A stretch of DNA of 63,809 nt, counting the filler, from Basidiobolus ranarum (Eukaryota), in assembly GCA_040143965.1 (NCBI GenBank). It is 37 parts of 37 records of this genome, joined end to end, with 100 filler letters (N's around TTAATTAATTAA, not from the genome) between each part and the next. Parts side by side here need not be neighbours in the genome. Positions count along the whole stretch, not along the records: positions 12,142 to 13,773 come from JASJQH010004667.1; positions 13,874 to 15,504 come from JASJQH010004668.1; positions 15,605 to 17,235 come from JASJQH010004669.1; positions 17,336 to 18,965 come from JASJQH010004670.1; positions 19,066 to 20,695 come from JASJQH010004671.1; positions 20,796 to 22,424 come from JASJQH010004672.1; positions 22,525 to 24,153 come from JASJQH010004673.1; 30 more parts are not named here. One strand, written 5' to 3'. The notes under the pieces are model-generated. The model did no database searches, had not been told where the DNA came from, and saw only the letters and a program-made list of their open reading frames with translations. Shown one piece after another: positions 12,416 through 24,253 of this stretch. A program made the translations under genes and the position numbers. The stretch's first letter is position 1, and each line of letters starts with the position of its first letter.

Positions 12416-12686
12416 AGTATCATATAAATTTTACTTTTCTTAGGGAAAGAGGATAGTATGGAGTATGGTGACTGCATCTGAACACAAAGTCTAAGGCCAA
12501 TCAGTTGCTAGTATAGCTGAAATGCCAAAGTACCATACATTGACAGACTAGGTTAAGGTTCCCTAGCAATATAGGCATAGCATACAAGGACTGGTAGCTC
12601 AGTGGTTAGAGCACCTTGCTAGAGTGAAGGAGGTCCCAGGTTCAAATCCTGGCCAGACCAATATTTCTCCCTAAATAATTTCAACA
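12416..12686 (+). mobile_element. ~270-bp LTR-like insertion containing a tRNA-like sequence
   Basis: Ends ...AAATAATTTCAACA exactly where a copia gag is cut. The left edge interrupts a CACTA end fragment (12325-12415). Only one copy is seen. Confidence 0.5.
12588..12660 (+). tRNA. tRNA-like cloverleaf, 73 nt, loop anticodon AGA, short variable loop; probably a pseudo-tRNA carried by an element
   Basis: GGACTGG-TA-GCTC-AGTGGTTA-GAGC-A-CCTTG-CTAGAGT-GAAGG-AGGTC-CCAGG-TTCAAAT-CCTGG-CCAGACC-A. Perfect D and T stems and A/B boxes. One mismatch each in the acceptor and anticodon stems. Confidence 0.8.
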
Positions 12687-13454
12687 GAAACCTGATGAGC
12701 TAGTTCTGACTTTTCATTTTTGTTGTAATTTCTTGATTTGCAATCTTGTAACTGGTGTCCTGGTTTGTTACAACCATAGCATAAACTTGGTTTTCTTCTT
12801 TTGTAACCTTTGTACTTGCAAAAGCTATGTTTTCCAGCTACAAAAAGAGCCACTTCCTCAGATTCTTTATCAAATTCTTACTTCTGAGATGTTGATCCAT
12901 TAGCCTTGCCACCACAAACTCTAAAGACAACTTGTCAGATCTTGCTTCCAAAGCTGTGACCAAGTTCAAATACTGTTTTGGTACACTACTTAGAATAGTC
13001 ATAATAATATCTTCTTCCTGTAAAGTAGCACCAATATTTTCTAGTTGTTTTGCCAAAGATCTCACATTTGCAATATGAGTAACCATGCTGTCAGACTCTT
13101 CCAGCTTTATATTGAAAATTTTTTGTCTTAGAAAGAGTCTATTAGCAAGACTCTTTGCTTCATAACACTCTTGCAATATAGTCCAAGCTGGATGGGAAGT
13201 CTTTGCATATTCAATATTCCCAAGTTGTGAATCCTTTAAACTGTGACAAATGACATTATAGGCCTTCTTGTCTCTTTTCTTGTAAGCTTCCAAAAACAAT
13301 GGGTTAGAAGGTTCCTTTTCATCTCCAGAGACTTCATCCCAAAGCTCCCTGTCTTCCAGCATGATTTGCATTTTGAACTTCCAGAAATTGTATTTTCTCA
13401 ATCAATCTTTTCAACACTTGGGTTAATAAAAGGGGTAGTAGTGGCTTCTGTCAT
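12687..13454 (-). pseudogene. Ty1/copia gag with zinc knuckle
   Basis: YNFWKFKMQIMLEDRELWD (UBN2-type gag) and CYGCNKPGHQLQDC. Confidence 0.9.
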
Positions 13455-13468
13455 GCTGAGCAGGTTAG

Positions 13469-13730
13469 TGTCACAATAAGGAACTGGACAAGGACTGGGG
13501 ACAATGACAAGAGGCTAGAAGGCAGGAGAGTACTTGTGTGTAGACCACAAGACAAGACAAGACAGGACAGGGAAGATACTTTGGCAAGAATCTTTATTGC
13601 TGACTGGCATTGATCAGACTAAGGTCTGATCAAGGAATACATGGGGCTTATATAGATATTGCAAGATGAAACATAATATACTTAATAGGGAATATACTGT
13701 GGCAAGTTCAAGAGTTGGGGAGTTGGTGAC
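13469..13730 (-). repeat. LTR-F fragment
   Basis: Begins TGTCACAATAAGGAACTGG. Confidence 0.8.
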
Positions 13731-13873
13731 TGCAAGCTGTACTGTGGTCTTTTTGAGTTGAGGATTCAGTTGANNNNNNNNNNNNNNNNNNNNNNNNNNN
13801 NNNNNNNNNNNNNNNNNTTAATTAATTAANNNNNNNNNNNNNNNNNNNNNNNNNNNNNNNNNNNNNNNNNNNN

Positions 13874-14882
13874 GTGTACCAGTAAGAAATGGAGGAGGTG
13901 CCCATAACTATGGGAAGCTCACCAGGGGAACCATGATATGTACCAAAAACTCTAATGGAAATTTGTTCATATCTACCGACGTGAAACATATTTTCGGGAT
14001 CTAGATTGAGATACCCGATATCCACAATTTCAGATCTTGATACCGTGGAAGAATTTGTTTTCAATAATTGTCTGTATTTAGATGGTGTGCATAGTTGCTA
14101 GCTATATTCGGGATAATACTGGTACCGAAATCCAGTTTTAAAGTAATATTTGATCAATGTAACAACCGTGGAATAAGAATATGAAACCAGTGCATCATTA
14201 CACACTGATACTTTAGGTATACTTCTCCAGAAACCTCTTTTTTAGTATATTTCTGGATCAACTACTGCAATAAGCCATCAAGAATTGAATGAATAGTTCA
14301 ATTTTTATGAAAACTACATATCCACAATCAATTTATTGAGAGAGCAAGTTAAATGTGTGCGAGACATTGACTTGGTCATGCACTATCCTTAGCTATTCCA
14401 TCAAGTTCGTATTTTTCTCATCTTCATGTACCGTGGGCCATCGATCTGGAGGTTGAGCCTTTGATCAGAATTTCTATTTCTTCCAAACTCTTCAGAATTG
14501 CTTCTCGGAAAAACTCGTTGAATGTTTCACTTAAGATCTGGTGTGCTGGTTGGTTTTGTCCAAGGCTACTGTAAATATTGTATTTGATGGTTGCCACTTC
14601 CTTAATCATATCGATGAAATACGTAGCAAATGCAGTACTTTGGGCCCTACACTGAACTTCTTTGGATCACGAGAAACCATTGCTCATAACTCACCAATAT
14701 CTTTTGACACTATTAAGAGTCTTCAAAGTGATGAAAATCAAGAAAACTGGTGTCATATCCAATATTCCTGCCAGATTCAGGCACACATACCGCGAGGTGA
14801 AATAATGGCTGACTCGAAGGGAGAGGTGAAATAATGGCTGACACGAAGGGAGAGGTGACATGGGGAAGCTATTTAAACTCAT
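13874..14882 (-). pseudogene. Probable decayed host gene of unknown family
   Basis: CpG retained, fragmentary ORFs, a GTATGT donor near 14790 and a short tandem duplication at about 14794-14860. Confidence 0.3.
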
Positions 14883-15385
14883 ATGATTATCGCACTATTA
14901 CTGAAACTCTCAGTAAATTAAGCAGCGCCGCCAAAATAGGAGAGTATACACTTAAAGAGTGGTTAGAGATTTCTTGGAATGATGACTAAAAAAAAGGCAG
15001 TAAATGTGACGAAAGAAGCTGCAATTACTAATTATACCATGTATATCTCCCTAGGAAAATACAAATCAGCTTTCGAAACACTACAACAAACACTTCGAGA
15101 GTTCACTCGGGAGGCAACCCTTCGACAGCCGCAAATTGTTATTGTTCGAATTAATGGCACAACAAAAAAAATTCAGTTCAGATGGATTGCTGGTCTTGCT
15201 TGGCTTATCGTTATGGCAATATCAGCAGGAATATTTGAAATATCATCCAAAAGGTTGCGCTTGGACGCCCTATTACAACAAGTCCTTGATTCATGGCTAG
15301 TGGTTCATAGCGTGGCTGTAATCCTGGAAGAAACAAATTTAGGAAAATTTAGCAATGAGCAAACTTCTTATGACTGGCCCTTGAG

Positions 15386-15504
15386 TGTTAGGGGGATGAA
15401 AAGCACCAGATGGTGTGGACTTTATTTAGCTTAAATACTAATCTAAACAAAGTGACAATCAAGACATCAATCTTTTAAGATATTGTGACAATACTGGATC
15501 ATAT
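15386..15504. repeat. LTR-C terminus
   Basis: TGTTAGGGGGATGAAAAGCACC. Same family as 22525-22879 and 43712-44871. Confidence 0.8.
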
Positions 15505-15604
15505 NNNNNNNNNNNNNNNNNNNNNNNNNNNNNNNNNNNNNNNNNNNNTTAATTAATTAANNNNNNNNNNNNNNNNNNNNNNNNNNNNNNNNNNNNNNNN
15601 NNNN

Positions 15605-15877
15605 TGGTGGAAATACAGAAAACTAACACTGGGGTTGTGTTCAGAACATCTGTGGGAGTAAAATGAGCTATCTTTGGGGCAATTTGGACAAGTTTGAAAT
15701 TTCCAATATGGAATTTCTAATTCTCACATTATTCACATATATAAGTAATATAGGTTCCGATTTTCATCTAAGTGATATTTGACTAAGTAATGTTAACTAA
15801 CTTATATGTGATATATGAAATAGTTAGGTATATAAAGATAGAGATAACAAATATGATAAAGACAATAAACTTCAACA
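15605..15877 (-). repeat. LTR-B (copia LTR) fragment
   Basis: Ends AATAAACTTCAACA. Orientation set by the PPT at 60580-60590. Confidence 0.85.
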
Positions 15878-16276
15878 AATATTTCAGATGCTTAGCAATT
15901 CTTCTAGTTTTAGGTTGCTGGTAAAGCATATTGATGTTGTTGAGTTATGTCTGATCTGTCAACTATATGCATATGTAGAGACTAAACACAAGATTCTTGT
16001 ATTTTTTGATTCTCATTAAGGCCGGAACACAAAGGCTAAAAATACCTAGATAAACATATGTGTATGAATTTGAATTCCTACAGCAGTAAACCCAGTATCT
16101 TCCCATTTGAAAATTAGATTTTTGCAAAAATTGCTGGAAATTAAATAATGCATATCATATATGAGGATCAAAGATTTAACATGTATGAATACCATCCAGA
16201 TACTGTCAAGAAGCCACCATTGCACCATCATAATCCCTGGCAGAATGCAAGCCAACAATATTGTGACAGTTCTCTA
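15878..16276 (+). mobile_element. CACTA 3'-region fragment
   Basis: Reads LLVKHIDVVEL, homologous to ORF 63007-63537. Confidence 0.7.
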
Positions 16277-17235
16277 TGTGGAAATTAGCATTGCCTAAAC
16301 ACCTATATAGTCATATATAGCTTAGTCCTCATTTATCTTATAATTCACTAAGATATTATCAATTATTCTCAATTGGAATTTACTTAGAATATTTTTGCAA
16401 ACCTAGAAGTTCTCACATATATAGATTTTTCAAACTTGTGCTAGAAGCCCCAAACTTTGCACACATGTTCCTGGGACCTTCCTCAACATACTCTACATGT
16501 CAGTTTGTTTACATCTTGACAAAACTATAAATGTCAACTTTCTACTCAATAAATCAATGAGTGAAAACCACCAGTTCCTATAATTCTCCAAATCACTTCC
16601 AACAGGCTCCCAAGTACTTTAACAGGTTATGAGCCCCAAGCTTGCACTTGCTGTAGTGTCTACTTCTCAAATTTATGGAACTTTTCTGTCTTCTGAAAAA
16701 TTGGATGGAACCAATTATCAAGTTTGGAAAATAAAAATGGAAATGCTGCTGCAAGAAAAAGGACTTTGGGACGCTGTTGTAGGAGAAGAAAACAATGTAA
16801 AACTATCTGAAACCAAAGTTTTACTCCAGGTTCAAAAAGAATAAAGTGCCCTTAACACAATTTGTCTTAATGTTAAGGACAAATTGCTAATTCAATGTTC
16901 AAGAGCTAAAACTGCCAAGAGGGTATGGAAAGCCTTGGAAGACACCTACCAAACAAGTTCTGCTGCCAACAAGATGTTTCTAAGAAGACGATTCTTTAAC
17001 TTAAAAATGAAGCCAGAAGAAGATATTAAATCACTAATTAATAGAGTTACTATTTTAGTGGATGAAATGGAATGCATTGGAATACCTACCACTGATCAAG
17101 ATATCATAGTTACAGTCCTGAACAGCCTGCCACACAAGTTTCAGAGCCTAGTAATGGCTCTAGAATCAAGAACTGAAAATTTGACCTTAAATTATGTATT
17201 TGGCAGACTTCTGGATGAAGATTTACACAAATCAG
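16277..17235 (+). mobile_element. Ty1/copia 5' end: LTR-A (16277-16624), PBS (16625-16636), gag
   Basis: TG...TACTTTAACA, then GGTTATGAGCCC, then EKLDGTNYQVWKIKMEMLL gag with an internal stop. Confidence 0.9.
16625..16636 (+). promoter_or_regulatory. Primer-binding site complementary to the anticodon arm of initiator tRNA-Met
   Basis: GGTTATGAGCCC is the reverse complement of GGGCTCATAACC. Also at 37772-37783 and, reversed, 23023-23034. Confidence 0.85.
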
Positions 17236-17335
17236 NNNNNNNNNNNNNNNNNNNNNNNNNNNNNNNNNNNNNNNNNNNNTTAATTAATTAANNNNNNNNN
17301 NNNNNNNNNNNNNNNNNNNNNNNNNNNNNNNNNNN

Positions 17336-18965
17336 GTAAGAATTTGGAAAAAGAATCTGAGGAAGTGGCTCTTTTTGGAGCTGGAAAACATAGCTTTGGC
17401 AAGTACAAAGGTTACAAAAGAAGGAAGCCAGGTTTATGCTATGGTTTTAACAAGCCAGGACAACAGTTAAAAGATTGCAAACCAAGAAATTACAACTAAA
17501 ATGAGATGTTGGAACAAGCAAATCAGGTTTCAGACAAAGAGGAAGTTTTATTCATTTTGGCCCTATCAGTGACCTCTGAACAAGACTGTAAGCCATGATA
17601 TACTGATTTCTGGACCCCGTTAACATTTCTCTAAACAAGAAAACTAGTTTAAAAAACTCAAAACTGATGAAAATAAGAACGAATATGAGATCAGACTGGC
17701 CACTAGAAGCTCTGGGAGGGGGAGAAGTTGAAATAGATCTTGGGGGCATCTCTGGTTACATGTGTTTGACACTGAAAAATTTGCTATATGTGCCCAGGAT
17801 AGCAAAAAATTTATTTTTGGTGAGTAAGGCTTCATCTGAGAGATATAGCTTTAATTTTGATCAAAATGGCTATACAATCAGGGATAAAAAAGAGAATTAT
17901 GTAACTTCTAGAGCTAAGCAAAATAATGTGGATAAACTCTATTATATTAGGTCAATATATGAACAAGTTAAAACTGGCACAGCTGAAGAGATAGACTGGA
18001 AAATATGGCATATGAGATTGGGTCATCTAGGAGCAGAAAATATGAGAAACTTAATCAAAAACAAGATGGTCTTGGGACTAAATTTTGTAATTCCACCAGA
18101 TCTGGAGCTATGTGAAGGTTACCCATATGGTAGGCAAAACAGAGAGCCATATGTTGGCTCTGGAATGAGCAAAATTGATCACAGATTGGGCCTGATCCAC
18201 ACAGATCTGTGTGGCCCAATGCAGACAAAATCCTTAGGTAAAAAACGGCATTTTATGACCTTTGTTGATGATAAGACAAAGTATACTTGGGTGTACTTTC
18301 TAGCCAGTAATGATGAAGCCTTTGATACCTTCAAGAAATTCAAAGCAATGGTGGAGACTGAACCTGGTCTCAAGATTAAGATTATCCATACTGATAATGT
18401 AGTGGAATGTATCTCAAACCTCTTCTCTAACTTCTGCTCAACACATGGAATAATACAGCAGACTACAGTGCCATGTTCTCCACAATAGAATGGAGTAGCA
18501 GAATGTGCAAACAGATCAATATTGGAAAAGGCAAGATCAATACTTCAAGATCAAGATTTACCAAAACAGTTCTGGGCTGAATTGGATGCAAATGCAGTAT
18601 ATATTAGCAATAGATGTCCTTCAAGGCCTCTATTGATTATGACACCTTTTCAAGCTTGGTTTGGAAGTAAACCTGATGTGGCTAATCTCAGAGTTTTTGG
18701 CAGTACTGCATATGCAATGATTCAAGACCAGAAGAGATCAAAATTAAACTGCAAAAGCCAGAAATGTCTTTTTTTGGGATATTGTGATGGAACAAAAGGG
18801 TACAGACTATATGACACAGAAAATAAGAGGCTAATCAAGTCAAAGGATGTGGAATTTTCTGAAGAAAATATTTCAATCAAAACAATCCAGGAGCAAGAAA
18901 ATCAACCACAAATTGATGATAATTCTTCTTTTTCTCACCAGAGCCTGATCAGTGAGAAAAAGATT
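17336..18965 (+). pseudogene. Ty1/copia gag knuckle, protease, GAG-pre-integrase and integrase
   Basis: LYVP, WHMRLGH, LIHTDLCGP, FVDD, TDN, PQ*NGVAE and FLGY...GYRLYD motifs. Confidence 0.92.
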
Positions 18966-19450
18966 NNNNNNNNNNNNNNNNNNNNNNNNNNNNNNNNNNN
19001 NNNNNNNNNTTAATTAATTAANNNNNNNNNNNNNNNNNNNNNNNNNNNNNNNNNNNNNNNNNNNNCCCAGTAATTTGCCATTCAAAAATTATATTTAGAA
19101 GCAATAACTGTTGAGCACAAACCTCAAGTGAGACATTCCAGGTTGATGCATAGAGCTGCATGCCAGCAGCAATGGCTGGTTGACACATTAAGTGAAGGCT
19201 CCACATCTGACGAAGAGACTGTAGATGCAAACAAACCACAAACTAGACCAGATGAGCCAATGCATACCACAGCGCAGTGACCCCAAGCCACAACACATGC
19301 AGGCCAAGGTAGAGGAACTTCAGCAGGATTAAACTGACCACTCAGTGCAGAGGTTCAAGCAAAGCTCTTTCCATGGAAATATCAAGGAGACAACAAAAGT
19401 AACAGAAGCAGATCAGCATGTACTGCTTCAAACCTAGGCAACTGCTGAAT

Positions 19451-20300
19451 ACTCTTGATAATACTTACATTATCCTATCTTTACTGTTTAGCACATCATG
19501 CAAAATCAATATGGATTGCAGTTAAATATAGCATAAATAGCTTTAGTTACATCATGATTGCTTATGTGTTTATGAAACACTGATAGTGAGAAATTGTCAT
19601 AAATAAAAAAAATCAATGCTAGCCTATTTATACAAGTGATTTCACTACAATCAAATGAAAAATGTCTGTCAATAAAAAGCATGTGCAGCCATATTGGCTT
19701 GATATGGCTCAATCTGTTCACCTTTTCACCCAATTAGAAGCTTACATGATTGAATGAATAATTTGCTGATCTAAAAATGATGAATCAAGCAATCTTGATT
19801 ACTACTATCATACTGCAGATCAATCCATCATCAAGTGCTGTGATTTGTCACCAGTGTGCCAAAGCTACTTGTGTTTTGTAATGCTGGAGCTGTTGTGCCC
19901 AATTGAAAATCAGGATACTGTGTTGGTGAGGGACAAACAATTGGCCTAAAAACATGTGAATGTCTTGGTTATACATTTGATTGGGTAAGTTACATTAAAA
20001 ATTGTTTATTGTTAAACATTCAGCAATTTGTAAGTTACAAACTAGGGGATGAACTTACCTTGTCAGTTACTCAATATTGTAATTTGGCAATACTAAATTG
20101 GGTAACTTGGTACAGGCTGGCACAATATCTCCAATAAAATCATTGTGTCCAATTGTGGTGGGATAGTGCCATATTGTCCCTTATAATGTCTGATCAAGTG
20201 TTCTAGGACCCAGCCATGGTAATTGACAGATTGTGCCAGATGGTGTACTAGCAGGCTGGATTGAGTGGCACAATCTGACCTGGTCCAATGGAACAAGTCT
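19451..20300. mobile_element. PHIS-family transposon, second end
   Basis: Ends ...AATGGAACAAGTCT followed by ATT. Reverse complement of 49192-50041. Confidence 0.7.
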
Positions 20301-20436
20301 ATTATGTCTTATTATGCAAGCTCCTGAATATCTCTAATGATATATTTACTTTTCTACTATATAAAGCACCATATACTTCTAAGAATAAAGTAGCTAAAAC
20401 ACACTATCATAAGTTGCTATAATACACAAAGTCTAT

Positions 20437-20695
20437 TGTGAAAATATGGGCTGTTTGGAGGAACTTTAGAAAAGTGCAGTTGTGAAAAGCTTGGGGAGAT
20501 ATTTATTTATTGTCCAGAAATAAAGCATTTATACATTTTGATGGAAATATGGAAAACTAATACTGGAGTTGTGTTCAGAACATCTGTGGGAGTAAAATGA
20601 GCTACATTTGGGGCAATTTAGACAAGTTTGAAACTTCCATTATGGAATTGCTAATTCTCACATTATTCACATATATATATAATATATGTTCCAAT
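20437..20695 (-). repeat. LTR-B fragment, preceded by an LTR-H fragment at about 20305-20410
   Basis: Matches the other LTR-B and LTR-H copies. Confidence 0.75.
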
Positions 20696-20795
20696 NNNNN
20701 NNNNNNNNNNNNNNNNNNNNNNNNNNNNNNNNNNNNNNNTTAATTAATTAANNNNNNNNNNNNNNNNNNNNNNNNNNNNNNNNNNNNNNNNNNNN

Positions 20796-21976
20796 CATGG
20801 TGAAATTAAACCGTTTTGCCTGTATATCTCACTCTGGAAATACAGATCTTTGTAATGGTGTGAAGAATTTGGTAAGTGGGATAGTAGAGCCTAAACTCAC
20901 TGGCTCCTTTGCTTTTCCCTGGGATAACTAACTTCATGCCCCTTTACTACATCTTTAATGGCTTTTATTTCTTTTGCAAGTGAATAATTATGTATCTTTT
21001 TGGGACGTTTCATCAATAGGCATATACTAGACCAACTGCCATTTGCTTACAGAAACCCAGGTTAAGCTACTTGAAACAAGTCATGAACCTTCAGAGTAAT
21101 GCCTGGTTTTTGGTTTTTCCACCATTGGCTTGAATTGAAGTGATTTTGGGCAAGATTCTGCACAGTTTCCAAAGTTTTAAATAACTCATCATCAGAGCAA
21201 GTGACAGCAGCTCTGACATTCAGAGTCATTTGGCTTGCCAGGTTTTCTATGAGATTTCTATTTTCATGTGCCCAAGCAATTTTGGGTTGTTGTGTATGAC
21301 TGTTGATCCAACACATATTCCACTATGCTAGATTGTTACATTGATGTTCATATGTATGGTGTGTGATTGCTTGAAATCCCATATGAGAATGGACAGATGG
21401 AATGGTATGTTGCTGTAGATCAAGTCCAGCATTCTGAAAGTCCTGTAACATTTTTTAGTGACTCTCTAACTACTGAATAGTAACTACAGAACACTGCATT
21501 AATGCAATAATGTGGCATTATTGCTTGTCATGGCCTGTATAGCAACTTTTTAGTTTTAACTAATGATTGCATACTAATCATTATGATGCTCTGCATGCAA
21601 TTCCCTTGTTGTAACAACTCTATCCATGTTTTACGGATGGTTGTTCAATACTTGGCAAAGTGGCCATTTTGGAAGTTGATGGTCTTGAAAGTGTTTCTGT
21701 TGAACTTAGCTCAACTTTTGAATTATTATACAATTGTGGGAATATAATCTCTTGACTGGTACTATTGCTTGAAAGGCACATCTATTAAATTGATTAATGC
21801 ATCATAAATACTTGAATGAGTTCCAGTCATGTTAATGCCTTCCAAAATTAACAGTAGAATGCTAGAATGATCATCAACTAAGTCCTCTGTTCTGGCTGGT
21901 TTTTTCCTTCTGTGTTAGCAGAATTTTGCTTGGAAGCCAATCTTAATTTAGATTGTGAACACTTTTTGAATGGTAT
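20796..21976 (-). pseudogene. CACTA accessory ORF2, third copy; a CACTA 3' fragment follows at about 22180-22424
   Basis: Co-linear with 5207-6444. Confidence 0.75.
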
Positions 21977-22524
21977 TGAAATTTTCAGATTGTAAACTTG
22001 GAGTAATGAAATTGCTTAGAAGCAACATAAAATAAACCAACATTGCTATCCATTAAAAGAAATATCTTATAAATCCCCTGATGACTCATCTGTGGCACCG
22101 TCTCAGAATCAGCTGATGATATTGATGGATATATTTAAAATACCACCCTTATCTATGAGCTGTTCTTTTTTTAAAATTTATAAATTACTGGGTTTACTGC
22201 TGTCATAATTTGCATTTATATGTGTACCTTTGCTTGGATGTTTTAGGCTTTGTAATCCAGCCATAATGAGAATCAAAAAATACAAGAATCTTGTGGTGTT
22301 TAGTCTCTACATATGCACATACTTGCCTGATCAGACAGAACTCAACAACATTGGTATGCTTTACCAGCAAACCAATGGTGGAAAAGCTGCTAAACATCTA
22401 ATATTTTATAAAAACTGACACTTGNNNNNNNNNNNNNNNNNNNNNNNNNNNNNNNNNNNNNNNNNNNNTTAATTAATTAANNNNNNNNNNNNNNNNNNNN
22501 NNNNNNNNNNNNNNNNNNNNNNNN

Positions 22525-22879
22525 TTTCTGCTTTGCAACATTCATACAAATACTCCTGATCTCCATACATTAGTTAAGAAACTACAAAAGTAGTTATGGC
22601 TTCTTTGTTTTGTTTGAAATAAAGATTTCACCTTTGGGTGACTGTCTCCCCCCCTAACCCTTACCCTCCCTTACCCTTACCAGAACATCTATACCCTAAC
22701 CCTTAACACTGTATTTACATCCTCAGAACTGGATCATATTGGTCATCAAGTCAAGTATGGATATCATCCAGTTTTGTCACAATATTTTAAAAGATTGCTG
22801 TCAAGATTGTCACTTTGTGTAGATTAATATACAAACTAAATAAAGTCCACACCACTGGGTGCTTCTCATCCCCCTAACA
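22525..22879. repeat. LTR-C variant inserted into copia gag, with an internal CCCTAA/CCCTTA-rich patch at about 22648-22708
   Basis: Ends ...CATCCCCCTAACA at 22879. Confidence 0.75.
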
Positions 22880-23407
22880 CTTCATCCCCCTTAAGTCCTT
22901 TTTCTTGCAGCAGCATTTGAATTTGAATTTTCCACACTAGATATTTGGTTCCATCAAATTTTTCAGAAGATGGAAAAGTTCCAGGAATTTGAGAAGTGGA
23001 CATTACAGAGTGTGCAGGCTTGGGGCTCACAACCTGCTTAAGTAGTTGGGAGCCTGATAGGAATTGCTTGGAGAATTAGAGAAATAGGTGGTTTTCTCTT
23101 ATTGATTAATTGAGTTGAGAGTTGACATTTATAGTTTTGTGAAGATGTAAACAAACTAATGTGTAGAGTATGTTAGCTAACTATTATGCAGAATATGCTA
23201 AGAAAGGTCTCAGGAACATGTGTGCAAAGCTTGGGGCTTCTAGTACAAGTTAGAAAAATCCATATATCTGAGAACTTCTAAGTTGGTAATACTATTCTAA
23301 GTAAATTCCAATTGAGAATAATGGGTAGTATCTTAGTGTAATATAAGATAACTAAATACTAAGCTATATATGACTATATAGATGTTTAGGCAATGCTAAT
23401 TTCAACA
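22880..23407 (-). mobile_element. Ty1/copia 5' end: LTR-A (23035-23407), PBS and gag start
   Basis: Reverse complement of the region starting at 16277. Confidence 0.85.
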
Positions 23408-23574
23408 ATATGTAGGGAATTGCACTGCCAGTTATTCAGCCAATAACCATTACTTACATGGGTTAGTGTTATGAGAGGTGCTTAAATACATATTATTGTT
23501 ACATGGTTTTAGACCAAGTGTTGTACCTCAAGCCTGTATTAACATGTATGTATAACAGTATAAGCAAGGCTATC

Positions 23575-23745
23575 AGTTTCTAGGGAATGCGTGGTAACAA
23601 TTGCAGTATTAGCTAGGAAACTTACAGTAATGGCCAAAGTGTTATCTAAGGAATACATCGTAATAGCTACAGCACTATCTAGGGAACGCATGGTATTAGT
23701 TGCAGTGCTATGGAAGGAAGACTCCGTAACAGTTGCAGTATTCAG
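23575..23745 (-). repeat. Degenerate 33-bp tandem repeat (about 5 units; 11-aa Ser/Thr-rich motif in ORF 23539-23841)
   Basis: SFHSTATNTMR / SLDSAVAITMY / SLDNTLAITVS / FLANTAIVTTH. Confidence 0.6.
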
Positions 23746-24253
23746 CCATGCCCAAAACATGCAGCTGAAACCAAGCCAGAGCGCTGAAATCTTACGGTGT
23801 TGGTCATTGCTCTTACTAGCAAGAGGGTTGAATATGTTCAAGTGATAAAGAGTGGCTAGAGATTGAAGTATTTTGTAGACACATCTATATGTTTACCATT
23901 TCCAAAATATGAAGAAAGAGCATATCTACGTTCGATTATCTAGACTCTAGTTACTGGCCCATAGAAGAGAGTAGATCTTTGTTAATAAGTCACATCTACA
24001 CTAGATTGATGTATTTGTTGTCATAGGTTTAGGTTTAATACGCAATAATATGATGGCAAGATAGAGCGACAACTGTGTAACCCTGTATCCCTTTAATATT
24101 GAAGGGGTACCTCTTCCTTCCTCAACTCCTTTACTCCTTCCCTATATCCTGCANNNNNNNNNNNNNNNNNNNNNNNNNNNNNNNNNNNNNNNNNNNNTTA
24201 ATTAATTAANNNNNNNNNNNNNNNNNNNNNNNNNNNNNNNNNNNNNNNNNNNN

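Noticed and set aside
14979-15434. 151-aa ORF as a gene or transposase
   Set aside because: No convincing motif, and the last ~15 codons come from an LTR-C insertion.
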